From NCBI GenBank assembly GCA_963702845.1, contig OY969763.1:192001-256000 (forward strand): DNA of 64,000 bases. Reading direction: 5' to 3'. The DNA is from an uncultured Verrucomicrobiae bacterium. GTDB taxonomy: Bacteria > Verrucomicrobiota > Verrucomicrobiia > Limisphaerales > Palsa-1400. Shown piece after piece: positions 51,795 to 61,878 of this stretch. Position numbers and translations under genes: made by a program. Below the pieces are notes generated by a model that was not told the DNA's origin, did not search any database, and saw nothing but the letters and a program-made list of their open reading frames with translations. Each line of letters opens with the position of its first letter. The first letter of the stretch is position 1.

Positions 51795-52559
51795 ATGCGC
51801 GGCAAGAGCAATTTTTTATCGCTTTTAATGGGGAGCGGACTGGCGATGTTTTTCGCAACGGATTCCGCGCACGCCACTTTCCACTTGTGGAGCGTTACCG
51901 AGCTGTATTCCAGCGCAGATGGTTCGGTGCAATTTATCGAGCTGTCCACGACGGCAACCCTTGAGAATGCGCTGGCAGGACATGTAATCAGTTGTAATGG
52001 GCCGCAAGGGACTCACACGTTCACCTTTCCCAGCAACCTGTCGACGACTGATACAGCTAATAAGACGTTCCTGATCGGGACAACTAACCTGGCGCATATA
52101 CCGGGCGGGGTTACGCCAGACTACGTTTTTACGAACACGACGCCGTTCCTATTTATCAACGGCAGTTCGGCCATTACGGTCGGCATCGTTGGTTCGCTCG
52201 AACCACCTGCCGTCTATACGAACCTTCCGACGGATGGCAGCTTGTCGTTAAATGGTTCGTCCAGCAACCTGACGGCTGCCGTTAATACGCCGAAGAATTT
52301 CAACAGCCAATCCAACACGATCGTGCCGGTCAAATTCTCGTCCGACAATGTCGTCGGGACGAATTTCGTGATGACATTTCCCACGGCGAAGGGTGTGAAT
52401 GGCAGCTCTGGAACCAATTATAACGTGGACTTCAAAAACTCGCTATCGGATGCGACCTGGACCCTGCTCACGACGGTGATCGGCGACGGAACGAGCAAAT
52501 CGGTCACGAACGCAATTTCTACCGCACTACAGCGGAGTTATCGGCTGCACGCCCCGTAG
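51795..52559 (+). CDS. Small exported protein: FHLW..ELYSSADGSVQFIEL domain plus C-terminal FYR-type domain
   Basis: Signal peptide ending SAHA after the ATG at 51795; ends QRSYRLHAP. Confidence 0.8.
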   Translation: MRGKSNFLSLLMGSGLAMFFATDSAHATFHLWSVTELYSSADGSVQFIELSTTATLENALAGHVISCNGPQGTHTFTFPSNLSTTDTANKTFLIGTTNLAHIPGGVTPDYVFTNTTPFLFINGSSAITVGIVGSLEPPAVYTNLPTDGSLSLNGSSSNLTAAVNTPKNFNSQSNTIVPVKFSSDNVVGTNFVMTFPTAKGVNGSSGTNYNVDFKNSLSDATWTLLTTVIGDGTSKSVTNAISTALQRSYRLHAP

Positions 52560-52568
52560 TTTATAACG

Positions 52569-53285
52569 TTAGTAGCGCCAGTGGCCGCCGCGATGGTACC
52601 AACCATGACCGCCATGGACCCAAACGCCGCCGACCCACACTGCTCCGGGGCGAGGACCGCGGAGCCAATGGCCAGGTGCCCAAACCCAGCGTCCGTGCCA
52701 GACCCATTCGCCGCCGGCCCAAACGTAATCGGGGCCGGGCGCCACGTAGACGGTCTCAGATTGCGGTGGTGGCGGCGGTGCATTGACGACTTCCGGCTCG
52801 GGTGCTGCTTGCGGGCCGTTGGCGGTGTTGATCATGAAGTTGATGACGTTTTGGCTGACGCCGGCGTTATGGAGGTCGATGATGTCGGGGGCGCTCAGAT
52901 GATAAATGGAGCGGGTGCTTCGGATTTGGCTGATGATGACGTCCTCGGGCACGCCGGAAGCGACCATGGCTTTGATGTCGTTCGGGTAAAGCGGTTGGGC
53001 TTGTTCGATTCGTCGGTAGGTTTGCGGTGCCTGGGCGCGAAGGCGAGCGCGTTCGTCCTGGTCCATGGCGTTGCCAACGATCGCGCCGGTGGCCGCGCCG
53101 AATGCGCCTCCGATCAGCGCTGCTTCACCAGCATGGCGGCCGCCAAGCAATGCTCCGAGGGCAGCTCCACCGCCCGCGCCGATCAGCGCGCCGCTGCCTG
53201 TGTGGTTGACGGTGCCGTTTGGGTTTTCACAGCCAGTGAAAATTAGGCCCGCTGCGGCTAGGAAAGTGAGTGCAGAATTCTTCAT
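52569..53285 (-). CDS. Glycine-zipper lipoprotein with YXWGXW repeats
   Basis: Lipobox FTGC, GALIGAGGGAALGA, a Pro-rich linker, and YVWAGGEW/WVWAPGHW/VWVGGVW repeats. Confidence 0.88.
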   Translation of the reverse strand: MKNSALTFLAAAGLIFTGCENPNGTVNHTGSGALIGAGGGAALGALLGGRHAGEAALIGGAFGAATGAIVGNAMDQDERARLRAQAPQTYRRIEQAQPLYPNDIKAMVASGVPEDVIISQIRSTRSIYHLSAPDIIDLHNAGVSQNVINFMINTANGPQAAPEPEVVNAPPPPPQSETVYVAPGPDYVWAGGEWVWHGRWVWAPGHWLRGPRPGAVWVGGVWVHGGHGWYHRGGHWRY

Positions 53286-53318
53286 ATATAATGTGCGGAC
53301 ATGAATGTCGTTGTTCCA

Positions 53319-53347
53319 TTAGACAGCGCAACCAGTGGAGACATTCA
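53319..53347 (-). promoter_or_regulatory. Candidate ECF (sigmaE-like) promoter of the lipoprotein gene
   Basis: Minus strand TGAATG-N17-GTCTAA about 35 nt upstream of the ATG. Confidence 0.3.
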
Positions 53348-53457
53348 ATTCGCGCAACGGGTTTGCCCTGAGGCCGTTGTGCGGAGCTTGATCCAGAACA
53401 AGAAAGACTAATCTTGCGACTCGCCTTGCAGCGACGATTAGGATTAACTTTTGCGGC

Positions 53458-53484
53458 GGACGACGCAGCGCGATCGTCCCTACC
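53458..53484 (-). repeat. GTAG-type REP-like palindrome
   Basis: Minus strand ggtag-ggacga-tcgcgctgcg-tcgtcc. Confidence 0.55.
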
Positions 53485-53505
53485 TTGAAATCGACTTATT
53501 AATTT

Positions 53506-54822
53506 ATGGCTTATAAAGATATTACCCCGCCTGTCGGCTCGAAAATCACGATTGCGAATGGAAAATTAACTGTGCCGGAGAATCCGATTTTGCCGTTCAT
53601 TCGCGGCGACGGCACGGGGTCGGATATTTGGGCGGCGAGTGTGCGCGTGTTTGATGCGGCGGTCGAGAAGGCTTACGGCGGCAAGCGCAAGGTGAGTTGG
53701 TTTGAGGTGTTCGCGGGTGAGGAATCGTTCAAGCGGTTTAATAATTGGTTGCCGGACGATACCGTTGAGGCGTTTAAGGATTATCTCGTCGGAATCAAGG
53801 GCCCGCTGACCACGCCGATTGGTGGCGGTATTCGTTCGCTGAATGTGGCGTTGCGACAGATGCTGGATCTCTACGTTTGTTTGCGGCCGGTGCAATATTT
53901 CCAAGGCGTGCCGTCGCCGGTGAAACATCCGGAGAAGGTCGATATGACGATTTTCCGTGAGAACACGGAAGATATTTATGCGGGGATCGAATTCGCCGCT
54001 GGTTCTCCTGAAGCGCAGAAGGTGCTCGACTTTTTTGCGAAGGAATTTCCGAAGCAGTTCGACAAGATTCGTTTCGGCACGAAGGAAAAAGCGGAGAAGT
54101 TTTGGGCGGCAGTTGGTGATAAGAATTTTCCGTCGGACGTGAAGGTCGGCGTTGGTTTGAAGCCGATCAGCTATAGCGGCGCGGTGCGTTTGATCCACAG
54201 CGCGATTGGTTACGCGATTAAATTTAATCGCAAGAGCGTCACGCTGGTACACAAGGGGAACATCATGAAGTTTACGGAAGGCGGCTTCCGCGATTGGGGT
54301 TATGAGACAGCCAAGAAATATTTTGGTGCGGTGGAAATCGACGGCGGACCATGGTGCAGGATTCCAGAAGGCAAACCGGGGGCCGGTCTTGTCATCAAAG
54401 ACGCGATTGCGGACATCACGTTGCAGCAGGTGCTGACGCGTCCGGAGGAATTCGACGTCATCGCGACCCCGAATTTGAATGGTGATTATCTTTCTGACGC
54501 GCTAGCTGCGCAAGTTGGCGGCATCGGCATCGCGCCGGGGGGAAACATCAATTACATCACCGGCCACGCGATTTTTGAAGCGACGCACGGCACTGCGCCG
54601 AAGTATGCGAATCAGGACCGCGTTAACCCCGGCAGCGTGGTGTTGAGCGGCGAGATGATGTTCCGATACCTGGGTTGGGTGGAGGTTGCGGATTTGATTT
54701 TGAAAGGCCTGAACGGCGCGATTGGTTCGAAGAAGGTGACCTACGATTTCGCGCGGCAGATGCAGGGCGCGACGGAAATCAAGTGCTCGCAGTTTGGCGA
54801 TAATATTATCGCACACATGTGA
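53506..54822 (+). CDS. icd: NADP-dependent isocitrate dehydrogenase
   Basis: [44 protein letters not shown] and [11 protein letters not shown]. Confidence 0.97.
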   Translation: MAYKDITPPVGSKITIANGKLTVPENPILPFIRGDGTGSDIWAASVRVFDAAVEKAYGGKRKVSWFEVFAGEESFKRFNNWLPDDTVEAFKDYLVGIKGPLTTPIGGGIRSLNVALRQMLDLYVCLRPVQYFQGVPSPVKHPEKVDMTIFRENTEDIYAGIEFAAGSPEAQKVLDFFAKEFPKQFDKIRFGTKEKAEKFWAAVGDKNFPSDVKVGVGLKPISYSGAVRLIHSAIGYAIKFNRKSVTLVHKGNIMKFTEGGFRDWGYETAKKYFGAVEIDGGPWCRIPEGKPGAGLVIKDAIADITLQQVLTRPEEFDVIATPNLNGDYLSDALAAQVGGIGIAPGGNINYITGHAIFEATHGTAPKYANQDRVNPGSVVLSGEMMFRYLGWVEVADLILKGLNGAIGSKKVTYDFARQMQGATEIKCSQFGDNIIAHM

Positions 54823-55628
54823 TGAACCTTTTCGATTTACACGGGGACGTGGCAGTGGTGATCGGCGCGACGGGTAGTCTCGGGGGCGCGATTGCCGAAG
54901 GGCTCGCGTCGGCTGGGGCGAAGGTGGCGGTGCTCGGACGCAATGCGGAGAAAGGGCAGGCATGCGTCGCGCGGATTCATAAGGCCAAAGGTGATGCGGC
55001 GTTTTTTGCCGCGGATGCATTGTCGCGTGAGTCGTTGCAGGAGGCGCATGAGCAAATTACCAAGGCGATGGGATCGCCGACGGTTCTCGTGAATGCTGCC
55101 GGTGGCAACGATCCGAAGGTGACGGTGAACGCGGACATGAAGTTTGAGAGTATCTCGCTTAAGGATTGGCAGCACAATTTTGATTTGAACCTCGTTGGCG
55201 GCGTTTTGTTGCCGTGCCAGGTGTTTGGGCCGGGGATGGTGGCGCGTGGCAAGGGGAGCATTATTAATATCGCCAGCATTTCTGCGCACATTCCGCTGTC
55301 ACGGGTGGTGGCTTATTCGGCTTCGAAGGCGGCGGTGATTAGTTTGACGCAGTTTCTCGCGCGAGAGTGGGCGCAAAAAGGTGTACGAGTGAATTCGCTC
55401 ACGCCGGGTTTCTTTCCTGCGGAGCAAAACAAAAAATTGTTGTTCAATGAAGACGGCACGCCGACGCCACGTGCGCAGTCGATTTTAACGCACACGCCGA
55501 TGGGACGGTTGGGTGAAAAGAACGAGTTGATCGGCGCGGCCATTTTCCTGGCGAGCGCGAAAGCGAGCGGGTTTGTGACTGGCTCCGATATCCGCGTCGA
55601 TGGTGGCTTTCTGGCCCAAACCATCTAA
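54822..55628 (+). CDS. SDR-family oxidoreductase (sugar-acid dehydrogenase-like)
   Basis: GATGSLG, VNAAGGN, YSASK and PGFFPAEQN. The start overlaps the icd stop. Confidence 0.88.
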   Translation: MNLFDLHGDVAVVIGATGSLGGAIAEGLASAGAKVAVLGRNAEKGQACVARIHKAKGDAAFFAADALSRESLQEAHEQITKAMGSPTVLVNAAGGNDPKVTVNADMKFESISLKDWQHNFDLNLVGGVLLPCQVFGPGMVARGKGSIINIASISAHIPLSRVVAYSASKAAVISLTQFLAREWAQKGVRVNSLTPGFFPAEQNKKLLFNEDGTPTPRAQSILTHTPMGRLGEKNELIGAAIFLASAKASGFVTGSDIRVDGGFLAQTI

Positions 55629-55637
55629 AATAGTCCG

Positions 55638-56921
55638 ATGGATAAGCCGCTGAGTTACGTCGCCAAGTCCGGCCAGCAAATCACCGTCGCGCAAGTAAAC
55701 GACGTTGTTTCACGGGCATGCCCGGCCGCGAATTATCGGGGCAAGAAGGTGCTCGTGATCGTTCCGGATGCGACGCGGACGGCGCCGATTGGGACGGTTT
55801 TCAAAGCGCTCCATCAGCAACTTGGCGACGTCACGAAATCTCTGGATGTGATCATCGCGCTGGGGACGCATCAACCGATGCCTGAGGCAGCAATCTGCAA
55901 GCGCCTGGAAATGTCGGAAGAAGATCGGCGTACGGCTTTTCGGCGGGTGAAATTTTTCAATCATGCGTGGAATAATCCTGCGGCGTTGAAAAACATCGGG
56001 AGCATTCCAGCGGACGAAATTAGCAAATTGTCGAACGGGCTTTTTGCGATGGATGTGCCGGTGGAAATTAACCGGCTTATTTTCGAATACGACCAGTTGA
56101 TTGTTATTGGGCCAGTGTTTCCGCATGAAGTTGTCGGGTTTTCAGGCGGTAACAAATATCTCTTTCCAGGAATCAGCGGGCCGCAGATTTTAAATTTCTT
56201 CCATTGGCTTGGCGCGGTGGTCACCAACCCGATGATCATCGGCAACAAGTGGACGCCGGTGCGCGCGGTTGTTGATCGCGCGGCTTCGATGGTCAATGTT
56301 AGCAAGCTTTGCTTCTGTCTGGTGATTGATGGCCACGATTTCTCGGGAATTTTTGCAGGGCCGCCCGAAGCGGCGTGGGATCAGGCGAGCGATTTGTCCG
56401 ATAAGCTCAACATCACGTATAAGGACAAACCGTTTCACACGATTTTGTCCTGTGCGCCGGAGATGTATGACGAGGTTTGGACGGCGGGCAAGTGCATGTA
56501 CAAGCTTGAGCCGGTGCTGGCCGATGGCGGAGAGCTGATCATTTACGCGCCGCACGTGTCGGAAGTTTGCGTGACACATAAGGCGACGATCGAAACGGTG
56601 GGCTATCATTGTCGCGATTATTTTCTCCGGCAATGGGACAAATTTAAGAATTATCCGTGGGGCGTGTTGGCGCACAGTTGCCATGTCTATGGTTGCGGCA
56701 CATACGAGAACGGAATCGAAACACCGCGCGCACGCGTGACACTCGCGACGCAAATCCCGCCGAAAATGTGCAAGCAAATCAATTTGGGTTATCGCGATCC
56801 GAAGACGATTCGCATTGAGGATTACGCCAACCGCGAACACGAAGGTGTGTTGCTCGTGCCGAAAGCTGGCGAGGAACTTTTCCGCCTGAAGAATCCGCCA
56901 AAATGGGCCGGCGGAAAATAA
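55638..56921 (+). CDS. LarA-family (lactate racemase domain) hydroxy-acid racemase/epimerase
   Basis: IVPDATRTAP, IALGTH, FPHEVVGFSGGNKYLFPG and ADGGELIIYAP. Confidence 0.85.
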   Translation: MDKPLSYVAKSGQQITVAQVNDVVSRACPAANYRGKKVLVIVPDATRTAPIGTVFKALHQQLGDVTKSLDVIIALGTHQPMPEAAICKRLEMSEEDRRTAFRRVKFFNHAWNNPAALKNIGSIPADEISKLSNGLFAMDVPVEINRLIFEYDQLIVIGPVFPHEVVGFSGGNKYLFPGISGPQILNFFHWLGAVVTNPMIIGNKWTPVRAVVDRAASMVNVSKLCFCLVIDGHDFSGIFAGPPEAAWDQASDLSDKLNITYKDKPFHTILSCAPEMYDEVWTAGKCMYKLEPVLADGGELIIYAPHVSEVCVTHKATIETVGYHCRDYFLRQWDKFKNYPWGVLAHSCHVYGCGTYENGIETPRARVTLATQIPPKMCKQINLGYRDPKTIRIEDYANREHEGVLLVPKAGEELFRLKNPPKWAGGK

Positions 56922-56922
56922 A

Positions 56923-58509
56923 TTATTGCTCTGTCACTTTGTAGTAACGCTGCGCTGAATTTGTCCACACGTCCTGCAACAGGACGGAGCCGTTGGTCAA
57001 CGTCAGTGCGTTTGTCAATTGAATCCAATCAACCATGTTTGAGCTCGCGGATACCGTGAACGTCGCCAGGTCGTTTGTTGTCAGGATCGCTCCACCATCC
57101 GCGTCGCTGAACAGTAGCCCGAGCGTGCCGTTGTTTTGAACCGAAGGCGGAGTTAGCCGCGGCGGAATCAGCACACGAATGAGGGCATTGCTACTTTGCA
57201 CCGTTGCCATCGCATTAGAGATCGCGACGGAATACATTCCCGAATCGACGCGCGCTGCATTCGGCAAAACCAAAGTCGGACCCGTCGCACCGGGTTTGTT
57301 AGTTCCGTTCTCTTTCCATTGATAGGTCAACCCACCCGGAGCCGTTGACGCAACGCCTACGTTTAACGTGACGTTCGTTGGACCGATAACAATTTGACTC
57401 TGCGGTTGGTTCACGATCGTTGGCAGAATGCTGTAGACGTGCACCCCGTAACCTGCTGCATAACCGAGCGTAGGGCTGACGAATCGAATGCGATTCATGA
57501 AAGTGGTGACATTGTACCCCGCACCGGACCATGTCGCACCGCCGTCAGTGGTGTGCAAAAAGTTGAAAGGAGCAGCCGTCGACGCGCCCCCAATCCAGCC
57601 CTCATTGGTCGAAACGAAACCAATGGCCTGCAGGTAAAACGATGAGAGCCCCAGCGCGCTAAAGGGAATACCGTTGGATACCCATGTGTTTCCGCCATCA
57701 ATGGTTTTGTAAAAAATGATTGGGTCTTCGTTTACGTTTTTCTGCAACGAACAGTAACCGATGTTCGTGCTCGGCCAGGTCATTTTCCAGAAATAACATT
57801 GCGTGATCGAAGTTGTTACCTGCGGTGTCCATGTTTGACCGCCATCAGTGGTTTTCGAAATGCGCCCGTGATAAACACCGCTCGCATATGTGTTTGTGTC
57901 CATGCCGACAACCCAACCGGTATTCGTATCGCGGAAGTAAACGTCCATGATACCGTTCTGGACACCTTGCGCAGTGAGATTTACGGTTGTCCAGTTCGTG
58001 CCGCCGTCTTCGCTCTTCGCAAAAAATGCCGGGCCGCGCACTCGTCCACCTCCGTAAATGTGTTGCGAGTCCAAAACATTCATCGCGCAAAAACCTTTCA
58101 TGCCGGCTTCGGCGAGACCTGAAACAGGCGCCCACGATTGGCCGCCGTTGAACGTGCGATAGAGAACGTTGGTGTCGGTCACGCCGCCGTCGTACGAGCC
58201 GGGGCCGAGGTTTCCGCAAAAACCAACGTTCGAACTCAGGAACGTGACGGAGCGGAAGTGCGCGCCAACTTTGGTGAAGTTGGTCGTCCATGTTATGCCG
58301 CCATTGGTCGTGTGATAAATATTAGCGTTTTGCGAAACCCAGCCGTTCTGTGCGTCGATGAACTGGACGTCGTCGTGACGCGGTCCGCTAGTGCCGCCGG
58401 GGACGACGGGTAGCTGCCGCCAGACCGGTGCGGGATCGGCGAGTGACGATAAGACGGAAACTAGAGCGAATATGGCGAAAGATGTTCGCAGGCCGATAGC
58501 GAGTTTCAT
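56923..58509 (-). CDS. Exported BNR/Ycf48-like beta-propeller with Ig-like domain and C-terminal FYR-type domain
   Basis: Signal peptide; repeated T-x-[DN]-G-G-x-[TSN]-W; PTIVNQPQSQ..LTYQWKENG..DSGMYSV; ends QRYYKVTEQ. Confidence 0.88.
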   Translation of the reverse strand: MKLAIGLRTSFAIFALVSVLSSLADPAPVWRQLPVVPGGTSGPRHDDVQFIDAQNGWVSQNANIYHTTNGGITWTTNFTKVGAHFRSVTFLSSNVGFCGNLGPGSYDGGVTDTNVLYRTFNGGQSWAPVSGLAEAGMKGFCAMNVLDSQHIYGGGRVRGPAFFAKSEDGGTNWTTVNLTAQGVQNGIMDVYFRDTNTGWVVGMDTNTYASGVYHGRISKTTDGGQTWTPQVTTSITQCYFWKMTWPSTNIGYCSLQKNVNEDPIIFYKTIDGGNTWVSNGIPFSALGLSSFYLQAIGFVSTNEGWIGGASTAAPFNFLHTTDGGATWSGAGYNVTTFMNRIRFVSPTLGYAAGYGVHVYSILPTIVNQPQSQIVIGPTNVTLNVGVASTAPGGLTYQWKENGTNKPGATGPTLVLPNAARVDSGMYSVAISNAMATVQSSNALIRVLIPPRLTPPSVQNNGTLGLLFSDADGGAILTTNDLATFTVSASSNMVDWIQLTNALTLTNGSVLLQDVWTNSAQRYYKVTEQ

Positions 58510-58763
58510 AAAGGCAGCAAGCTATAGTGACATCTCGACAGGGTTACGGCGAGATTATTTCAGAGTTGAATGGCATACACTGAACTCGGAATTACAAATG
58601 GAAGCGTTTCGCAAGTTGTGCTCATTAACAAAAACGATGTCTAAAACAGTTTCCCCTTGTAAGACGGGCGCGCGCGAATTAAATTCAGACGTGGCCGATA
58701 CAACAGCGTTTGCAAATCTGCACTACATAACGCGAGTCCACTTTGGGGAGAGCCGGACGCAAA

Positions 58764-59525
58764 ATGATTGAATTGATCCAAGTTCCCTGGAGCCCGTTCT
58801 GCCTGGTGCAGAAGCGCATTTTGGAATATGGCGGTGTTCCTTTCAAAACGGTTAGCATTCCCAATCACGATCGTGCGCTCGTTTGGAAATTGACGCGCGA
58901 GCGGTATTACGGAGTGCCGATTATCCGCGACGGGAAAACCGTTGTTTTCGAGACCGATGACGATTCGCAAATCATCGCGAAGTATCTGGACGGAAAATTT
59001 GAATTAGGCCTATTCCCGCATTATTGGACCGGAACAGAAACAATTCTCTGGCATTACATTGAGAACGAGATCGAAGGCGTTTGCTTCAAGTTAAACGACG
59101 TGTTCTGGAAAGAATTTGTCCCGAAATCCGATCAACTTGGATTTCTCCGCCACAAAGAACGCAAATTCGGCCGCGGTTGCATTAACCAATGGCGCGCTCA
59201 AATGCCGCAATTGCGCCAACAGCTCGAGCATCTTCTTTCACCCTTTGAAGTGATGCTCGAAGACCGGCCATATTTGCTCGATCAATCGCCGCACTTCGTC
59301 GACTTCGATCTTTACGGGATGCTGGCGAATTTACTGTACAGCGGACATCACAAGCTGCCCGCCATTCACACGCGCTTGAACGAGTGGTTCCCGCGCATAG
59401 CTAAACTGAAAATTTCGCAGGACCGGGCCAGCGCTGACCTGCGAAGGTCAAATCCAAATCAACTCAGTGAAAAATTACATTCTCGACACAAACGTCCTGC
59501 TGCACGACCCAAACTGCCTCACTAA
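58764..59525 (+). CDS. Glutathione S-transferase-fold protein
   Basis: WSPFC..KRIL, GVPII, DSQIIAKYLD and PYLL..DFDLYGML. Confidence 0.85.
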   Translation: MIELIQVPWSPFCLVQKRILEYGGVPFKTVSIPNHDRALVWKLTRERYYGVPIIRDGKTVVFETDDDSQIIAKYLDGKFELGLFPHYWTGTETILWHYIENEIEGVCFKLNDVFWKEFVPKSDQLGFLRHKERKFGRGCINQWRAQMPQLRQQLEHLLSPFEVMLEDRPYLLDQSPHFVDFDLYGMLANLLYSGHHKLPAIHTRLNEWFPRIAKLKISQDRASADLRRSNPNQLSEKLHSRHKRPAARPKLPH

Positions 59526-60777
59526 ATTCGAGGATAATTGCGTTCTTATCCCGATTCAGGTCATTGAGGAAATCGACCGCTTCAAAAGGGAATCATCGGA
59601 ACTTGGCCAGAATGCGCGAAGCGTGTCGCGAGCGTTAGACGGGCTACGCACGAGCGGTAGCTTGAGCAAAGGAGTGAAACTGGAGACCGGCGGCAAACTT
59701 CGCATTATTTTTCCCCAGGCCCAGAACGGTGAGACGAAAACGATGTTCGGCAACAAGACCGTCGATAGTCAAATTGTTGCCGTCGCAAAGGAAGTTCAGG
59801 AGGCCGAGCCGAAGAATAAGGTGATTCTGGTCACCAAAGACATCAACCTGCGCATCAAGGCCGACGCCGTTGGTTTGCAAGCGGAAGATTACGAAAACGA
59901 CCGCGTTTTTCTGCACGATCTCTACACTGGTATGCTCGAACTGCAGGTGCCGCCAGAGAAGATCGCGAAGTTTCGTACGGAAGGCGAATTGGACCTGAAT
60001 GGATACGGAAAATATTTTCCGAACGAATATTGCTCGCTCATTGATCAGACGAATCCGAAGCGCACTGCGCTCACCAAAGTTGATCCGACTGGGACGCGAT
60101 TGATTCCGATCCTCGACGTCCGCGAAGGCATCTGGGGTATTAAGCCGCGCAATCGCGAACAACATTTTGCCTTTGATGCGTTGCTCGACGACCGCATCAA
60201 GTTAGTCACATTGATGGGCAAAGCCGGCACCGGCAAAACTTTGATGGCCATGGCGGCTGGTTTGAAGCGCACTGTGTTGGATCGGGAATTCCGGCGGCTG
60301 GTTGTGGCGCGTCCAACTATTTCGATGGGTAAAGAACTGGGCTTCTTGCCCGGCTCCCTGGAAGAAAAGCTCAGCCCATGGATGCAGCCAATTCACGACG
60401 CGTTGGAACTTTTGAGCGACTTGAATATGGGCAGTGATCATCGCCGCAGCGCTGACTTGATGCGCTCCGGCACAATTGTTGTCGAAGCGCTCAGTTACAT
60501 TCGTGGGCGTAGTATTGCCAATCAGTTTATGGTGATCGACGAGGCGCAGAACCTCACGCCTCTGGAAGTGAAGACCATTATCACGCGCGTAGGGCAGGGG
60601 ACAAAAGTCGTGTTCACGGGCGACCCGTATCAGATTGATAACCCTTACGTCGATTCGTCGTCGAACGGTTTCAACTACATCATCAGCAAATTCCGCGAAC
60701 AAGCCATTGCCGCGCATATAGAATTGCAGAAGGGCGAGCGTTCGGAGTTGGCGGAGCTGGCGGCGAATATTTTGTAA
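59467..60777 (+). CDS. PIN-PhoH fusion ATPase (YlaK/PhoH2-like)
   Basis: ILDTNVLLHDP, VTKDINLRIKA, GKAGTGKT, GFLPG, RGRS, DEAQN and GDPYQID. Confidence 0.93.
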   Translation: MKNYILDTNVLLHDPNCLTKFEDNCVLIPIQVIEEIDRFKRESSELGQNARSVSRALDGLRTSGSLSKGVKLETGGKLRIIFPQAQNGETKTMFGNKTVDSQIVAVAKEVQEAEPKNKVILVTKDINLRIKADAVGLQAEDYENDRVFLHDLYTGMLELQVPPEKIAKFRTEGELDLNGYGKYFPNEYCSLIDQTNPKRTALTKVDPTGTRLIPILDVREGIWGIKPRNREQHFAFDALLDDRIKLVTLMGKAGTGKTLMAMAAGLKRTVLDREFRRLVVARPTISMGKELGFLPGSLEEKLSPWMQPIHDALELLSDLNMGSDHRRSADLMRSGTIVVEALSYIRGRSIANQFMVIDEAQNLTPLEVKTIITRVGQGTKVVFTGDPYQIDNPYVDSSSNGFNYIISKFREQAIAAHIELQKGERSELAELAANIL

Positions 60778-60806
60778 ACTTCCGAACCGTAAGTTTTCGG
60801 GCTGTG

Positions 60807-60832
60807 GAGTGCGGACGATGGCGTCCGCACTC
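60807..60832. terminator. Perfect hairpin between convergent genes (bidirectional terminator or REP-like)
   Basis: gagtgcggacg-atgg-cgtccgcactc; no clear T-tail. Confidence 0.5.
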
Positions 60833-60839
60833 GGAACTG

Positions 60840-61853
60840 CTACCCCTTTTTCTTCACGCGCTTCACCCATTCCTGGTTGCTCAAGTACCATTGAATCGTT
60901 TCACGGATTCCGGTTTCGAAGGTGTGGGCGGGCGTCCAGCCGAGTTCGCGTTGGATCTTGCTGGCGTCGATGGCGTAGCGTCGGTCGTGGCCGGGGCGAT
61001 CTTTGACGAAGGTGATTAGTTTGCGGGAGGTGCCACCAAGGTGCGGTGCGAACTCGTCCATCAAATCGCAGATCAACTCAACAATGCGGATGTTGGCCCA
61101 TTCGTTGTGGCCACCGATGTTGTAGGTCTCGCCTTCTTTGCCGTGCGTGAGCACTTGCCATAAGGCTTCGGCGTGGTCGCGAACATAAAGCCAGTCGCGC
61201 ACGTTCATGCCGTCGCCGTAAACTGGAATCGCTTTGCGCGTGCAGACACTTTCGATGATGACCGGAATTAGTTTTTCGGGAAATTGGTAAGGACCATAAT
61301 TATTCGAACAATTGGTCGTCACAACGGGCAAACCGTAGGTGTGGTGATAGGCGCGGACGAGCAAGTCGCTCGAGGCTTTGCTCGCCGAGTACGGCGAGTT
61401 CGGGGCATAAGGAGTTTCTTCAGTAAAGAAACCGGTCGCACCAAGGCTGCCGTAGACTTCGTCGGTTGAAACGTGATGGAAACGCTTGCCCTTAACGTTT
61501 TGCGCCCAGTGGCCGCGCACGGCTTCGAGCAAGTTGAATGTGCCGACGATGTTCGTGCTGATGAAATCGCCTGGGCCGGTGATGGAACGGTCCACGTGCG
61601 ATTCGGCCGCTAGATGCAGGACGTGGGTTATGTCGTGCTTTTTGACAACGTCGAGAACGGCTTGTTTTTCGCGCAGATCGACTTTTTCGAAAGCGTATTT
61701 TGAATTTTTGGCAACGCGTTCGAGGTTCTCAGGATGACCGGCGTAGGTGAGGCAGTCGAGGTTGACCAGGCGGGTGATTTCAGGACGTTCAATGACGTGG
61801 TGGATGAGATTCGAGCCGATGAAACCGGCGCCGCCTGTGACGAGCAAATTCAT
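60840..61853 (-). CDS. rfbB: dTDP-glucose 4,6-dehydratase
   Basis: [32 protein letters not shown] and DRPGHDRRY. Confidence 0.97.
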   Translation of the reverse strand: MNLLVTGGAGFIGSNLIHHVIERPEITRLVNLDCLTYAGHPENLERVAKNSKYAFEKVDLREKQAVLDVVKKHDITHVLHLAAESHVDRSITGPGDFISTNIVGTFNLLEAVRGHWAQNVKGKRFHHVSTDEVYGSLGATGFFTEETPYAPNSPYSASKASSDLLVRAYHHTYGLPVVTTNCSNNYGPYQFPEKLIPVIIESVCTRKAIPVYGDGMNVRDWLYVRDHAEALWQVLTHGKEGETYNIGGHNEWANIRIVELICDLMDEFAPHLGGTSRKLITFVKDRPGHDRRYAIDASKIQRELGWTPAHTFETGIRETIQWYLSNQEWVKRVKKKG

Positions 61854-61878
61854 AATTCAGAATTTTAAAATATAAAAC

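Noticed and set aside
59467..60777. PIN-domain toxin-antitoxin or defence system
   Set aside because: The PIN domain is fused to PhoH as in the widespread YlaK/PhoH2 family, and no antitoxin-like gene is adjacent.
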